Part shown: in pieces, positions 33,600 to 46,172 of the stretch
Layout: each line of letters opens with the position of its first letter
Position numbering within the stretch: position 1 is the first letter of the stretch
Origin: Eledone cirrhosa
Lineage: Eukaryota
NCBI GenBank assembly: GCA_964016885.1
Contig: OZ024764.1
Span: 28,582,001 to 28,646,000 of the forward strand
DNA length: 64,000 bases
Reading direction: 5' to 3'
Program-made: the position numbers and the translations under genes
The notes under the pieces: generated by a model
The model's database searches: none
The model's input: the letters and a program-made list of their open reading frames with translations, nothing else
Told to the model about the DNA's origin: nothing

Positions 33600-33790
33600 A
33601 GGTCGTGTTTTCGATGTTCAGAGAGTGGGATTGGTCGAGTGCAAGGCCTTTCCCCACTTAAAAAAACCTTCAAAGTACAGGCATTGCTTGTTCAGGATCT
33701 GTTACAGGTTCATGTGGCTGGCCGTAGCCTAAAAGTGCACCATTTTCTGTAATCTGACAAGTGATTGCAATACTCTTAGAAGAGTTTGTA

Positions 33791-33831
<41 letters not shown>

Positions 33832-34277
33832 TTTAAATGTATATGAAAAACAAACACTAAGATCAAACAATCAATATATATATACCCCAACCACTCCCTC
33901 TACTCTATCCTCCCACTCCCACCAACACCACCCTTTCTCTGTAAAGTTATCTTGGTACCACAACATCCAGTCCACACTAAAGAGGTTGTGTAGGAGACAT
34001 GGTAAAAGACTCCCAGTCCACACTGTAAAGAGAATGTGTAGGAGACAAGGTAAAAAGGCCCCCAGTCCACACTATAAATGTGGTTGGTGTTAGAAAGGGC
34101 ATCCAGCCGTAGAAAACCTGCCAGATAGTCCTATATGAGCAAGACACGGTCACTTGATCAATCTTGCCTCAAGTGGGACAATTCCTGTCTAACCCATGCT
34201 AGCGTGGAAGATGGATGTTAAACAATGGTGATGATATTGATTGATTTTTTTTTTTTTTTTTTTACATTTTATTTCAG

Positions 34278-34361
34278 AATCCTCCTGAGTTTAGTAACAC
34301 TTTCTTGTTGGCGGCAAAAAATGGAATCTGGGCGAAATTTGAACGAAGACAAAAAGCTTGA
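34278..34361 (+). CDS. P450 terminal coding exon (NPPEFSNTFLLAAKNGIWAKFERRQKA*)
   Basis: long poly-T tract plus ttcag acceptor; typical 'LLxxKNGIWxKFERR' C-terminus; TGA at 34359-34361. Confidence 0.9.
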   Translation, partial: NPPEFSNTFLLAAKNGIWAKFERRQKA

Positions 34362-34398
34362 AATGCTTAAGTATCATTTCAGACATTTATGAAATTAC

Positions 34399-35103
34399 TG
34401 CATATACCTGTATATAAGCCGAGAAATATGTACCAAAAAAAAATTTATAGTAAAAGGGGTGAGGGTGGGGGGTTGACTTATATTCAATTTTTACCAACTT
34501 CAAAATCATACATAAATGAAATGCTGAAATATTTTCGCTTTCAAGGTGAATATTACACCTGTTTTACTTTGAAGGTGAATATTACATCTGTTTCACTTTG
34601 AAGGTGAATATTACACCTGTTTCACTTTCGATGTTTCTATTTGTTTTTGATGTTTTGAATGAATATGGACTTCGAAATGGTAGGAAATTGGTAAAAAAAA
34701 TCATTATGTAATGGAGTTGTGAAACAAAAAATTATATTTTAAATGACACTTAAAACGTCAAAATATTAAAACTTCATAAATATATTTTATACGCATGAAA
34801 ATTTCAAAACTGCACCATCTAAACATGTTGATTAACATATGTTGTTTAGATGGCTTATAAAAATCTATCCAGCAATTCTTTCCTGAGATATTTTAACCAC
34901 ATGTCTATCATATCAAAGCTGTGATCTCTCAATTCAGAGAAGTAGCAGCTCTACCTGGAGTGATCCTCTAAATCTCCAAGCTACAAATCTGTCAAGTGAT
35001 TCTTTGCTGAGATATTCTAGCGACATGTTCATAGTATATTTTTGTTTCTTGCTTATTTCTCAGACATAAAATCATGGGTCGGCTTATATACGGGTATATA
35101 TGA
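34399..35103. mobile_element. Tc2/pogo-like MITE immediately after the P450 stop codon
   Basis: Inverted ends atatacctgtatataagccga (34402-34422) / tcggcttatatacgggtatat (35079-35099). Confidence 0.6.
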
Positions 35104-35234
35104 ATAAATTACTGACTGAATGTTTAATAAAATCAAGAAAAATAATAATATATTACTCTATTATTTTATTACGTATTCCAGCTGACAGTCTGAGGCCATG
35201 CTGGAGCACTGCCATTATATATAGAGATATTTTT

Positions 35235-35240
35235 AATAAA
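35235..35240 (+). promoter_or_regulatory. Candidate polyadenylation signal of the P450 gene
   Basis: AATAAA followed by a T-rich downstream tract; a second AATAAA lies at 35126. Confidence 0.4.
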
Positions 35241-35357
35241 TATATTTTACATTTTCATGACATTTTTTTTTGTCTTTCATTTTGTTGGTAAAATCTTTCT
35301 TAAATATTTAAAACTAATTCCTGGGAGTAATTTGCTTTAATCTCAACATTACCTATG

Positions 35358-35406
<49 letters not shown>

Positions 35407-35532
35407 AGGAGGTGAGTTTTATTGTAGCACAATAAAGCAATGCAAATATCGGATAAGTAGCACTCTACAGTTTATAGGACTGGAATATAAATAATATAAG
35501 ATCATGTCGTTAATATTATAAATAATATAAGA

Positions 35533-38232
35533 TCATGTCGTTAATATTATGATGTTCCCTGCTGTATTAGCGTTAAATTTTCCCTGCTGTATTAGCGATA
35601 AATTTTCGAGGGTTTCTCTTAGTAGCTTTTTCATGTCGTTAATATTATGATGTTCCCTGCTGTATTAGCGTTAAATTTTCCCTGCTGTATTAGCGATAAA
35701 TTTTCGAGGGTTTCTCTTAGTAGCTTTTTTCATGACGTTATTATTGTTAATTTTACTGATGTAGTATTAACTTATTAACTTGGATATTTACCATGCGGTA
35801 TTCTAATCCTATTGTATCTCTTTCAGTTATTTACCATGCGACCCTCAGTTCCTACCCCCCCCCCCCCCTCTATGCACTTCTTTAAGGCTTACTACCCTGT
35901 CTTTAACCTAATTCATTCAATCTGAAAATATTGAAGAGATAAGACACTTTGCCATTCTTCTCTGCTAAAATGTACCAGTAGAGCTGATTCAAATTTTCCC
36001 AGCCAGCCATCCACCTAATCTACGAAGGTATTTTAGCCTACATATTGTCGTTAATATTATGATGTTCCCTGCTGTATTAGCGTTAAATTTTCCCTGCTGT
36101 ATTAGCGATAAATTTTCGAGGGTTTCTCTTAGTAGCTTTTTCATGTCGTTAATATTATGATGTTCCCTGCTGTATTAGCGTTAAATTTTCCCTGCTGTAT
36201 TAGCGATAAATTTTCGAGGGATTCTCTTAGTAGCTTTTTCATGTCGTTAATATTATGATGTTCCCTGCTGTATTAGCGTTAAATTTTCCCTGCTGTATTA
36301 ACGATAAATTTTCGAGGGTTTCTCTTAGTAGCTTTTTTCATGACGTTATTATTGTTAATTTTACTGATGTAGTATTAACTTATTAACTTGGATATTTACC
36401 ATGCGGTATTCTAATCCTATTGTATCTCTTTCAGTTATTTACCATGCGACCCTCAGTTCCTACCCCCCCCCCCTCTATGCACTTCTTTAAGGCTTACTAC
36501 CCTGTCTTTAACCTAATTCATTCAATCTGAAAATATTGAAGAGATAAGACACTTTGCCATTCTTCTCTGCTAAAATGTACCAGTAGAGCTGATTCAAATT
36601 TTCCCAGCCAGCCATCCACCTAATCTACGAAGGTATTTTAGCCTACATATTGTCGTTAATATTATGATGTTCCCTGCTGTATTAGCGTTAAATTTTCCCT
36701 GCTGTATTAGCGATAAATTTTCGAGGGTTTCTCTTAGTAGCTTTTTCATGTCGTTAATATTATGATGTTCCCTGCTGTATTAGCGTTAAATTTTCCCTGC
36801 TGTATTAGCGATAAATTTTCGAGGGATTCTCTTAGTAGCTTTTTCATGTCGTTAATATTATGATGTTCCCTGCTGTATTAGCGTTAAATTTTCCCTGCTG
36901 TATTAACGATAAATTTTCGAGGGTTTCTCTTAGTAGCTTTTTTCATGACGTTATTATTGTTAATTTTACTGATGTAGTATTAACTTATTAACTTGGATAT
37001 TTACCATGCGGTATTCTAATCCTATTGTATCTCTTTCAGTTATTTACCATGCGACCCTCAGTTCCTACCCCCCCCCCCCCCCTCTATGCACTTCTTTAAG
37101 GCTTACTACCCTGTCTTTAACCTAATTCATTCAATCTGAAAATATTGAAGAGATAAGACACTTTGCCATTCTTCTCTGCTAAAATGTACCAGTAGAGCTG
37201 ATTCAAATTTTCCCAGCCAGCCATCCACCTAATCTACGAAGGTATTTTAGCCTACATATTGTCGTTAATATTATGATGTTCCCTGCTGTATTAGCGTTAA
37301 ATTTTCCCTGCTGTATTAGCGATAAATTTTCGAGGGTTTCTCTTAGTAGCTTTTTCATGTCGTTAATATTATGATGTTCCCTGCTGTATTAGCGTTAAAT
37401 TTTCCCTGCTGTATTAGCGATAAATTTTCGAGGGATTCTCTTAGTAGCTTTTTCATGTCGTTAATATTATGATGTTCCCTGCTGTATTAGCGTTAAATTT
37501 TCCCTGCTGTATTAACGATAAATTTTCGAGGGTTTCTCTTAGTAGCTTTTTTCATGACGTTATTATTGTTAATTTTACTGATGTAGTATTAACTTATTAA
37601 CTTGGATATTTACCATGCGGTATTCTAATCCTATTGTATCTCTTTCAGTTATTTACCATGCGACCCTCAGTTCCTACCCCCCCCCCCCCTCTATGCACTT
37701 CTTTAAGGCTTACTACCCTGTCTTTAACCTAATTCATTCAATCTGAAAATATTGAAGAGATAAGACACTTTGCCATTCTTCTCTGCTAAAATGTACCAGT
37801 AGAGCTGATTCAAATTTTCCCAGCCAGCCATCCACCTAATCTACGAAGGTATTTTAGCCTACATATTGTCGTTAATATTATGATGTTCCCTGCTGTATTA
37901 GCGTTAAATTTTCCCTGCTGTATTAGCGATAAATTTTCGAGGGTTTCTCTTAGTAGCTTTTTCATGTCGTTAATATTATGATGTTCCCTGCTGTATTAGC
38001 GTTAAATTTTCCCTGCTGTATTAGCGATAAATTTTCGAGGGATTCTCTTAGTAGCTTTTTCATGTCGTTAATATTATGATGTTCCCTGCTGTATTAGCGT
38101 TAAATTTTCCCTGCTGTATTAACGATAAATTTTCGAGGGTTTCTCTTAGTAGCTTTTTTCATGACGTTATTATTGTTAATTTTACTGATGTAGTATTAAC
38201 TTGGATATTTACCATGCGACCCTCAGTTCCTA
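35533..38232. repeat. Higher-order tandem array: ~607-bp unit x ~4.5, each with ~3x99-bp subrepeats and a poly-C tract
   Basis: Marker gccattcttctctgc at 35951, 36556, 37165, 37772. Confidence 0.95.
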
Positions 38233-38419
38233 CCTCACAATTTCCCTCCCCCCCACCCCCACACACCACCATAGTCTATTCGACCAATCAAACCTAGCAT
38301 GCCATTTCCACTGCTGCTGCTGCTACTACCTGCCTAACTAACTCTCTCCTCCTGTGGCGCATCCCAACACACCCTGCCATTACCCCACCACCACTGTCCT
38401 TCTAGCCCTCAATTTTCCC

Positions 38420-41400
38420 ACCGTTATGGATGGATGAGCTGGGAATACACGAGCAACTCTGAATCAATAGATGAAATATGAATCTGCGAGCTACCAAGCA
38501 CCCACGTGAAGCGCCAACCCAGAGACCCTCCCCTACGAGTGTCGACAAATGCCCAAAACTCCGAGTTGGTACCATCAATGTAGGCTCAATGAAAGGAAGA
38601 GCAGGAGAAATCGTAGAAATGCTAGAGCGAAAGGAAGTTGATGTATGCTGTGTGCAAGAGACTAGATGGAGAGGAGGGTCTGCTAGAGTCCTTGTAGGAA
38701 AAAGCCAGTGCTACAAATTTTTCTGGGTGGGAAACGACGATGGGATGGGTGGTGTAGGTATACTATTAGCTGACAAGTGGGTAGATAAAGTAATCTCAGT
38801 GTACAGGGTAAATGCAAGAATCATTAAACTCAGACTAGTCCTGAATAAGACAATTACCACAATAATATCAGCTTACGCACCCCAATCGGGGCTGCCAGAC
38901 GAACTTAAGGATAGGTTTTACGAGTCCCTAATACACACTACTGCTCTAACAGACGACAAGGACTTCCTAATCATTGCAGGAGATTTTAACGGACACGTAG
39001 GTAAACACTGCGACGGCTTCAATAGAGTACATGGAGGCCATGGAGTTGGCACAAGGAATGAGGAAGGATTCAGACTTCTAGAATTCTGCGACGCCAATGA
39101 CATGTCGATATGTAACACAAACTTTAAAAAACCCGACAACCACCTGATCACCTATAGATCAGGGGAGCACTCTAGTCAGTTAGATTTTATTCTCATCAGA
39201 GGACGTGACAGATGGACGGTCGTAAACACAAAAGCCTTCCCTAGTGAGGAATGTACATCCCAACATAGCTTAGTTGTCAGCGACCTCACGGTCAGAACTA
39301 GACGAGCCCTGAAACAGAGGCCAACCTGGAGAAGAAAGATCTGGAAGCTGAAAGTCCCCTCAACCAGTAACAGATTTAAAGATATTTTACTCAACGCCTA
39401 CGACAGTAAAGAAGAACAGATAGAGACATTTAACGTAGAAGAGAACTGGGAGTTCCTAAAAAATAACTTACTAGAGGCGACGGATGAGGTTTGTGGCTGG
39501 AGTAAGACCTCAAGCAGGAGGAGAGTGACTTGGTGGTGGAACAATAAAGTAGATGAAGCAGTCAAGGCCAAGAGACAGGCATGGAAAGAATGGAAGAACG
39601 GGGGGAGCAGGGTACATTACATAGAGACCAAGAGGGAAGCTAGGCGACAAGTATACTTAGCTAGGAGGGAAGCAGAGGATAGAAAATTCAAGCATGTTTT
39701 ACAACGTGAGGACCAGAAACAGGAGGTATTCAAGATTGCGAGGCAGTGTGTCAGAGATAGTTGTGATGTCATTGGAGAGAAGTGTATCCGGAATGATAAA
39801 GGTGAGCTTGCCCTCACAAGTGCTGAGAAGAAAGATGCATGGAAGAGTCATTATGATAGATTACTAAATGAGGAGAATGCATGGGAAGAAGAGACCCTAC
39901 CCCACGTAGACCCTATAGAGGGACCAGCAGTACAAGTCAGCGGCAGCGTAGTAAGTAAGGCAATCAGAGATATGAAGATAGGGAAGGCAACCGGTCCATC
40001 GGGTATAGCTGCCGAGATGCTGAAGGCATCTGGGTCTGTAGGTCACACTATAACCACACGTATCGTTAACCAGGTAATACTAGAGGGGGCCATACCAAAA
40101 GATTGGTGCAGTAGCATCATTGTCAACTGCTACAAAGGTAAAGGCGATGCACTAGATAGAGGAAACTATAGAGGTATAAAGTTGATGGACCAGGTCATGA
40201 AAGTAACAGAAAGAGTTATAGCACAGCTGATTAGGGACCGGGTGAATATAGACGAGATGCAATTTGGGTTTGTTCCAGGGAAAGGCACCACTGATGCGCT
40301 CTTCCTTGTGAGGCAATTACAGGAAAAGTACCTAGCTAAAAGTAAGCCACTCTACTTGGCATTTGTCGACCTTGAGAAAGCCTTTGACAGAGTTCCACGT
40401 GCAGTAATCTGGTGGGCTCTTAGAAAACTAGGAGTAGATGAATGGCTTGTGAAAGCGGTACAAGCCATGTATAGGGGAGCAGTCAGCAAAGTTAGGATTG
40501 GCAATGAGTATAGCGAGGAATTTAGCGTACAGGTTGGGGTCCACCAGGGCTCTGTTCTTAGCCCTCTCCTGTTCATCATAGTCCTGCAGGCAATAACGGA
40601 GGAGTTTAAGACCGGATGCCCATGGGAACTCCTGTATGCTGATGACCTCGCACTCATAGCTGAATCTATGGTAGAACTAGAGAATAAATTCCAAACCTGG
40701 AAGCAGGGACTAGAGAGAAAGGGCCTCAAAGTCAACATGACAAAGACTAAGGTCCTTATAAGTAGACGAGAAAACAGAACCCAGATCCCCTCAGGGAAAT
40801 GGCCTTGCTCAGTATGTAGGAAAGGTGTAGGTAGGAACTCCATTCTTTGCCCCAAATGCAAACAATGGGTACACAAGAGATGTAGCGGGATCTCAGGAAG
40901 CTTAATTAAGAATGTAGGATTCACATGCAGCAGCTGTGCTGAAACAGCAAGCAAACAGCCACAGGAAACAAGTACCACCAATCTCTGGGAGGGCCCTGTA
41001 GAAACAGTAGACAGCTTCTGCTACCTAGGTGACCGAATTAGCAACGGAGGTGGGTGCTCAGAAAGTACAATAACTAGGGTAAGAACGGGATGGAAGAAGT
41101 TTAGGGAACTACTACCACTGCTAGCTGCAAAAGGCTTCTCCCTCAGAATGAAAGGCAGACTGTATGATGCGTGTATCCGGACAGCGATGTTGCATGGTAG
41201 TGAGACCTGGGCGCTGAAGGTGGAAGACTTACGTAGATTAGAGAGAAACGAAGCCTGCATGCTCCGATGGATGTGTAACAGTAATATACGTGAACGACAA
41301 AGCATAAATGAATTGAGAGAGAGACTGAGCATAAGAGGAATCAAATGCTGCGTGCAGGAGAGGCGGTTACGCTGGTATGGACATGTGATGCGTATGAAGG

Positions 41401-41898
41401 ATGACAGCTGCATAAAAAGGTGCAGAGCACTAGAAGTTGATGGAAACCGCGGAGTGGGGAGACCCAAGATGACTTGGGATGAGGTGATAAAAGCCGACCT
41501 TACCCAACTACACCTCTCAAAGTCAATGACACACGACCGTGACTTCTGGCGTCACGCAGTAATACAGGGTACCCGACCTCCCATGGGTACATGCTGAAGC
41601 ATATAAACAATATGCCCCCCCCCCACCGCAAGGTGGTCGTGGAGGTGCCACGGCAAAAAAGCACCCAGCCCACACTGTAAAGTGGACGTGTAGGCGCCAC
41701 GAAAAAGCACCCAGCACTCACTGTAAATGAGGTTGGTGTTAGGAAGGGCATCCAGCTGTAGAAATCAAGCCAGATCAGTTCCTGTATGAGCAAGGCATGG
41801 TCAGCCGACCAGACACTGCCCACAACAGGACAACCCGTCTAACCCATGCTAGCGTGGAAGAACGGACGTAAAACGGTGATGATGATGATGATGATGAT
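38420..41898 (+). mobile_element. Near full-length RTE LINE with 3'UTR and (GAT)n tail
   Basis: ORF above, ~280-bp 3'UTR shared with truncated copies, ends in (gat)7; 5' boundary uncertain. Confidence 0.9.
38478..41597 (+). CDS. RTE-clade LINE polyprotein: APE endonuclease + reverse transcriptase, with C4HC3 insertion
   Basis: VGTINV, CVQETRW, AGDFNGH (APE); QFGF, FVDLEKAFD, GVHQGSVLSP, LYADD (RT); RRLRWYGHVMR and RGVGRP (RTE C-terminus); uninterrupted 1039 aa. Confidence 0.97.
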   Translation: MNLRATKHPREAPTQRPSPTSVDKCPKLRVGTINVGSMKGRAGEIVEMLERKEVDVCCVQETRWRGGSARVLVGKSQCYKFFWVGNDDGMGGVGILLADKWVDKVISVYRVNARIIKLRLVLNKTITTIISAYAPQSGLPDELKDRFYESLIHTTALTDDKDFLIIAGDFNGHVGKHCDGFNRVHGGHGVGTRNEEGFRLLEFCDANDMSICNTNFKKPDNHLITYRSGEHSSQLDFILIRGRDRWTVVNTKAFPSEECTSQHSLVVSDLTVRTRRALKQRPTWRRKIWKLKVPSTSNRFKDILLNAYDSKEEQIETFNVEENWEFLKNNLLEATDEVCGWSKTSSRRRVTWWWNNKVDEAVKAKRQAWKEWKNGGSRVHYIETKREARRQVYLARREAEDRKFKHVLQREDQKQEVFKIARQCVRDSCDVIGEKCIRNDKGELALTSAEKKDAWKSHYDRLLNEENAWEEETLPHVDPIEGPAVQVSGSVVSKAIRDMKIGKATGPSGIAAEMLKASGSVGHTITTRIVNQVILEGAIPKDWCSSIIVNCYKGKGDALDRGNYRGIKLMDQVMKVTERVIAQLIRDRVNIDEMQFGFVPGKGTTDALFLVRQLQEKYLAKSKPLYLAFVDLEKAFDRVPRAVIWWALRKLGVDEWLVKAVQAMYRGAVSKVRIGNEYSEEFSVQVGVHQGSVLSPLLFIIVLQAITEEFKTGCPWELLYADDLALIAESMVELENKFQTWKQGLERKGLKVNMTKTKVLISRRENRTQIPSGKWPCSVCRKGVGRNSILCPKCKQWVHKRCSGISGSLIKNVGFTCSSCAETASKQPQETSTTNLWEGPVETVDSFCYLGDRISNGGGCSESTITRVRTGWKKFRELLPLLAAKGFSLRMKGRLYDACIRTAMLHGSETWALKVEDLRRLERNEACMLRWMCNSNIRERQSINELRERLSIRGIKCCVQERRLRWYGHVMRMKDDSCIKRCRALEVDGNRGVGRPKMTWDEVIKADLTQLHLSKSMTHDRDFWRHAVIQGTRPPMGTC

Positions 41899-42002
41899 CA
41901 AAAGATGGTTAAAAGAGTTTCCAAAATAAAATACTTGGAACTCTTTTAACCATCTTTTGATCTTATATTATATATATATATATATATAGTTGTATGTATA
42001 TA

Positions 42003-42551
42003 CGAGGGGGCTTCTAAAAATTTGTGGAAAAAGGACAGTTGTGAAAAAAAGGATTAAGTTATGATGTATATTTGTCAACATATGCTCCATCTGGGTCAGT
42101 ACCCTTCTGCAAGGGTTGATACCAGACTTTAAGTCCATCTGTGTAAAACTGAGGGCCATGGGATTTAAACCATGTCAAAGCAGCTTTTATTTCATCTTTC
42201 ACTGGGGATCATCTTCAACCTCATCTCTTCCACTTCTAAAACGACTTATCCATTTGTAGGGTGTTGATTTCTTTGGGGCATTGTCCCCATAAACTTGCTC
42301 CAGAGTGTCAATGACTTGGTTGATCTTCCACCCTAGCTTTATCATAAATTTTATGTTTTGATGGAGGCCATGTTGCTCAAGTGGTGCTGACTTCCGACTG
42401 GCGGCGCTGCGTTGCAACATGCATTCAAGTGTTCGTGTTAGAACATGTTATGACACATTAGTACAAGAACGTACAGGTGCATTGAGATCAAAATCCCTGT
42501 ATACGTTTTTTAGCTATGTACTTTTTCCACAAATTTTTTGAAGCCCCCTCG
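42003..42551 (-). mobile_element. Non-autonomous mariner element (internally deleted)
   Basis: TIRs cgagggggcttc..aaatttgtggaaaa / ttttccacaaattttttgaagccccctcg with TA at both ends; minus ORF IKFMIKLGWK...VYGDNAPKKSTPYKWISRFRSGR is a mariner HTH; truncated copy at 13320-13550. Confidence 0.9.
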
Positions 42552-42554
42552 TAT

Positions 42555-44137
42555 ATGTGTATATATGCCTGTATGTGTGTATATATATATATATGTATTT
42601 GTTTATATTTGTGTGTGTATATATGTATTTATATGTATGTGTGTATATATATATATATATGTATGTATTTGTTTATATTTGTGTGTGTATATATGTATTT
42701 ATATGTATGTGTGTATATATATATATATGTATGTATTTGTTTATATTTGTGTGTGTATATATGTATATATATGTATGTGTGTATATATATATATATATAT
42801 GTATGTATTTGTTTATATTTGTGTGTATATATGTATTTATATGTATGTGTGTATATATATATATATGTATGTATTTGTTTATATTTGTGTGTGTATATAT
42901 GTATTTATATGTATGTGTGTATATATATATATATAATAAAAAATTGAACAGGGACAGAACAGAGAGGCAGTACGACAAATGTTTATTAGCTTCACGCTCA
43001 GGAGAGTGGGGGGTAGGTGGAGGACGACGTTTCGGGCATAAGCCCTTCTTCGGGTAAGAGTTCAAAAGGTGTGTAGGGGAGTGGTGGAGAGACATATAGC
43101 GAAAGGAAACGGTGCGAATGAAAAATTAACAAATAAAGACAAAATTATAATAAATAATAAATAAAAATAAAGCATGATCAAAATACAAGGAATGAGAACA
43201 TTTAAAAATAAAGGCATGATCAAAATAAACTGAAATTAAAAGGGGGGTAAACAGGTGGTGGAAGGGTGTGGGGTGAGTAGAGGTGGAGGCGGGTGGAGTG
43301 GGGAGAGGGAGACGGGGTGTCCGAGCGGGGAGGGCTGAAGGTGGTGTGTGTGGTTAGGTGTGCGTGTGTGTGTGTGTGTGTGTATGTGAAAGTGAGGGTT
43401 GGGGGAAGAACGGGGTTGCATGTTCAGGAAGGTGTGTGTGGGGGGTGTTTTTGTGTGTCGGAGGGTCTGTGCGTGTGTGGATAGGCGGTGGGGGGAGAGG
43501 AATCAGGGGGCTGAGGGTGTAAATATGTGGTGGGAAGCACGTGTGTGTGGTTTAAGCGTGTTGTGGGTGTGGGTGGCGTGTGGATAAAAAAATTTGTTTT
43601 GGGATGTGTGTGGGTGAGTTATATAGGTGATGGTGTTAGAGGATGGTTGAAAGTGGTAAGTTACACGGATGTATGGAGATTTTGGTTGGAAGTCAAAACG
43701 CGTGTGGGAAATCCAAGAAGCGGTGGTCGGATTTGTTTATATTTGTGTGTGTATATATGTATATATATGTATGTGTGTATATATATATATATATATGTAT
43801 TTGTTTATATTTGTGTGTGTATATATGTATATATATGTATGTGTGTATATATATATGTATTTGTTTATATTTGTGTGTGTATATATGTATATATATGTAT
43901 GTGTGTATATATATATGTATTTGTTTATATTTGTGTGTGTATATATGTATATATATGTATGTGTGTATATATATATGTATTTGTTTATATTTGTGTGTGT
44001 ATATATGTATTTATATGTATGTGTGTATATATATATATATATATATGTATTTGTTTATATTTGTATGTGTATATATGTATATATATGTATGTGTGTATAT
44101 ATATATATATATATATGTATTTGTTTATATGTGTGTA

Positions 44138-44168
<31 letters not shown>

Positions 44169-44226
44169 TTGTTTATATTTGTGTGTGTATATATGTATTT
44201 ATATGTATGTGTGTATATATATATAT
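42555..44226. repeat. ~60-bp TA/TG-rich minisatellite interrupted at 42935-43730 by a Penelope-like remnant
   Basis: gtatttgtttatatttgtgtgtgtatatatgtat...(at)n units. Confidence 0.85.
43023..43055 (-). ncRNA. Penelope-type hammerhead motif with a core mutation
   Basis: Minus strand: CCGAAGA-a-GGGC ttat GCCC-GAAA-CGTCG-TC. Confidence 0.55.
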
Positions 44227-44897
44227 CAGCAAGACCTTTGTCAGCCGCTCTCCAGATATCTATTTAAGGCTGTATACAGCTATGGTGCGACCACACTTAG
44301 AATTTGCATCACCAGTCTGGAACCCCTATCTTGCTCAGGACATTGACCGCCTGGAAACTGTTCAGAGACGTGCAACCAAGCGAATACCCTCCATCAGGCA
44401 TCTACCATACTCTGAGCGCCTTGCTTCCCTGGGCATGGATTCATTGAAGCTCCGACGCCTGGCAACTGACTTGGTAAACACCCACAAAATTGTTAACCAT
44501 GTTGCCAACAACAACCCTGAGTGCCTTTTCGATTTCCATGTGTCTAACACACGTGGACATGCCCACAAAGTAAGAAAACAGCACAGTTCCCATGACTTTC
44601 GGAAACATTTTTTCACGCTCAGAGTTGCTGAAGCATGGAACAAACTACCTGCATCAGTTGTTAGCTGTCGAGACACTGCATCCTTTAAAGCCTCCATGGA
44701 ACAAACTACCTGCATCAGTTGTTAGCTGTCGAGACACTGCATCCTTTAAGGCCTCCATGCTTCCCGAGATCCGCCAACACTACAGCTAACACATACAAAC
44801 ATGTACTTCCCTGGCATTTGTGTATTATTCTATGTACTATATTGACGAGTTGTAGTGCACCTGAGCACTTTACACAATAATTTCATTATTATTATTA
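44227..44897 (+). mobile_element. CR1 3' fragment
   Basis: LYTAMVRPHLEFASPVWNPYLAQDIDRLETVQRRATK; (ATT)n tail. Confidence 0.92.
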
Positions 44898-45238
44898 TGT
44901 ATTTGTTTATATTTGTGTGTATATATGTATATATATGTATGTGTGTATATATATATATGTTTATATTTGTGTGTATATATATGTATGTGTGTATATATGT
45001 ATGTATGGTCACTCGTAAGTACTACAACCTGCTCCATGATCAGAAGGTCAGTAACTAAACCAGCAACACCACTAAGCTTGCTTGGTGAGGAGGTGGATTG
45101 GACACCCTGTGGGATGAAAAACAAACCCTGACAAAGGGTGGAGGATCTTATGAGAGTCAATGGCCATCCAGTAGTGTGTGTGTGTGTATATATATATATA
45201 TAGTGAACGAGTGATTACCTTTAACGATACCTTGTTAT

Positions 45239-45271
<33 letters not shown>

Positions 45272-45853
45272 TCACCATCATCATTTTACATCCGCTTTTC
45301 CCTGCTTGCAAGGGTGGGATGGGAACTGATTCTGGCTTGATTTCTACAGCTGGATGCCCTTCCTAACACCAACCTCATTTACAGTGCTTTTTTTCCGTGG
45401 CACCTCCACAACCACTTTACAGTGTGGGCTGGGTGCTTTGTTTTCCATGGCGCCTGCACGTCCACTTTACAGTGAGTGCTGGGTGCTTTTTTGCACCTCC
45501 ACGACCATATTGCAGTGGAATGATAGGGAACCCAGTCCTATCATATCATTTCTACAGCTGAGTAAACTGGAGCAATGTCAAATAAAGTGTCTTGCTCAAG
45601 GAAACAACACATCACCCAGTCTGAGAATTGAACTCACAACCTTTCGATTGCAAGGCCAATGCTCTAACCACTAAGCCATGTGCTTCCATACATATATATG
45701 TATATATAATAGTAGAACACTGGAAGGTAATATCCGTAGTAGTATAGCACTCAGTCCATGGGAAGAGTTTGGTAGAAGTAGTTCCACAACAGTTAGCTCA
45801 CCATATTCGGATCATCAGTTGTTTTTCCTTTTCCATACAACTTCATTTAGATC

Positions 45854-45890
45854 GAGCTGATGATCTGAATAAGGTGAAACAATTGTTCTC
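45854..45890 (+). ncRNA. Minimal type I hammerhead motif
   Basis: gag-CTGATGA-tctgaataaggt-GAAA-CAATTG-TT-ctc. Confidence 0.65.
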
Positions 45891-46000
45891 AGTATGGACG
45901 TTAAACGAAGATGATGATGATGGTAAACTGTTGTGGAACTACTTTTATGTAAATATTTGTGTGTGTATTTTAAAAAAAAAACTCTTATACAGTTAAACTT

Positions 46001-46172
46001 TTAACCCTTTAGCATTTAAACTGGCTGTAACCAGCCACACATACTGATGTTAAGGTATTGTTTTTAAAATAAATAATATCAAAATGTCGTATATTCGATA
46101 TTATGGGAGATAAAGCCTTTACCGTGAAAATCCAATAGTAAATATAGAGTAATGTAAATGCTAAAGGGTTAA
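46001..46172 (-). mobile_element. piggyBac-type MITE
   Basis: TTAA-ccctttagcattt ... aaatgctaaaggg-TTAA termini. Confidence 0.8.

Noticed and set aside
42516-44346. Y/I/C/V-rich ORFs, including apparent fusion to CR1 sequence
   Set aside because: (TA)n/(TG)n minisatellite read-through
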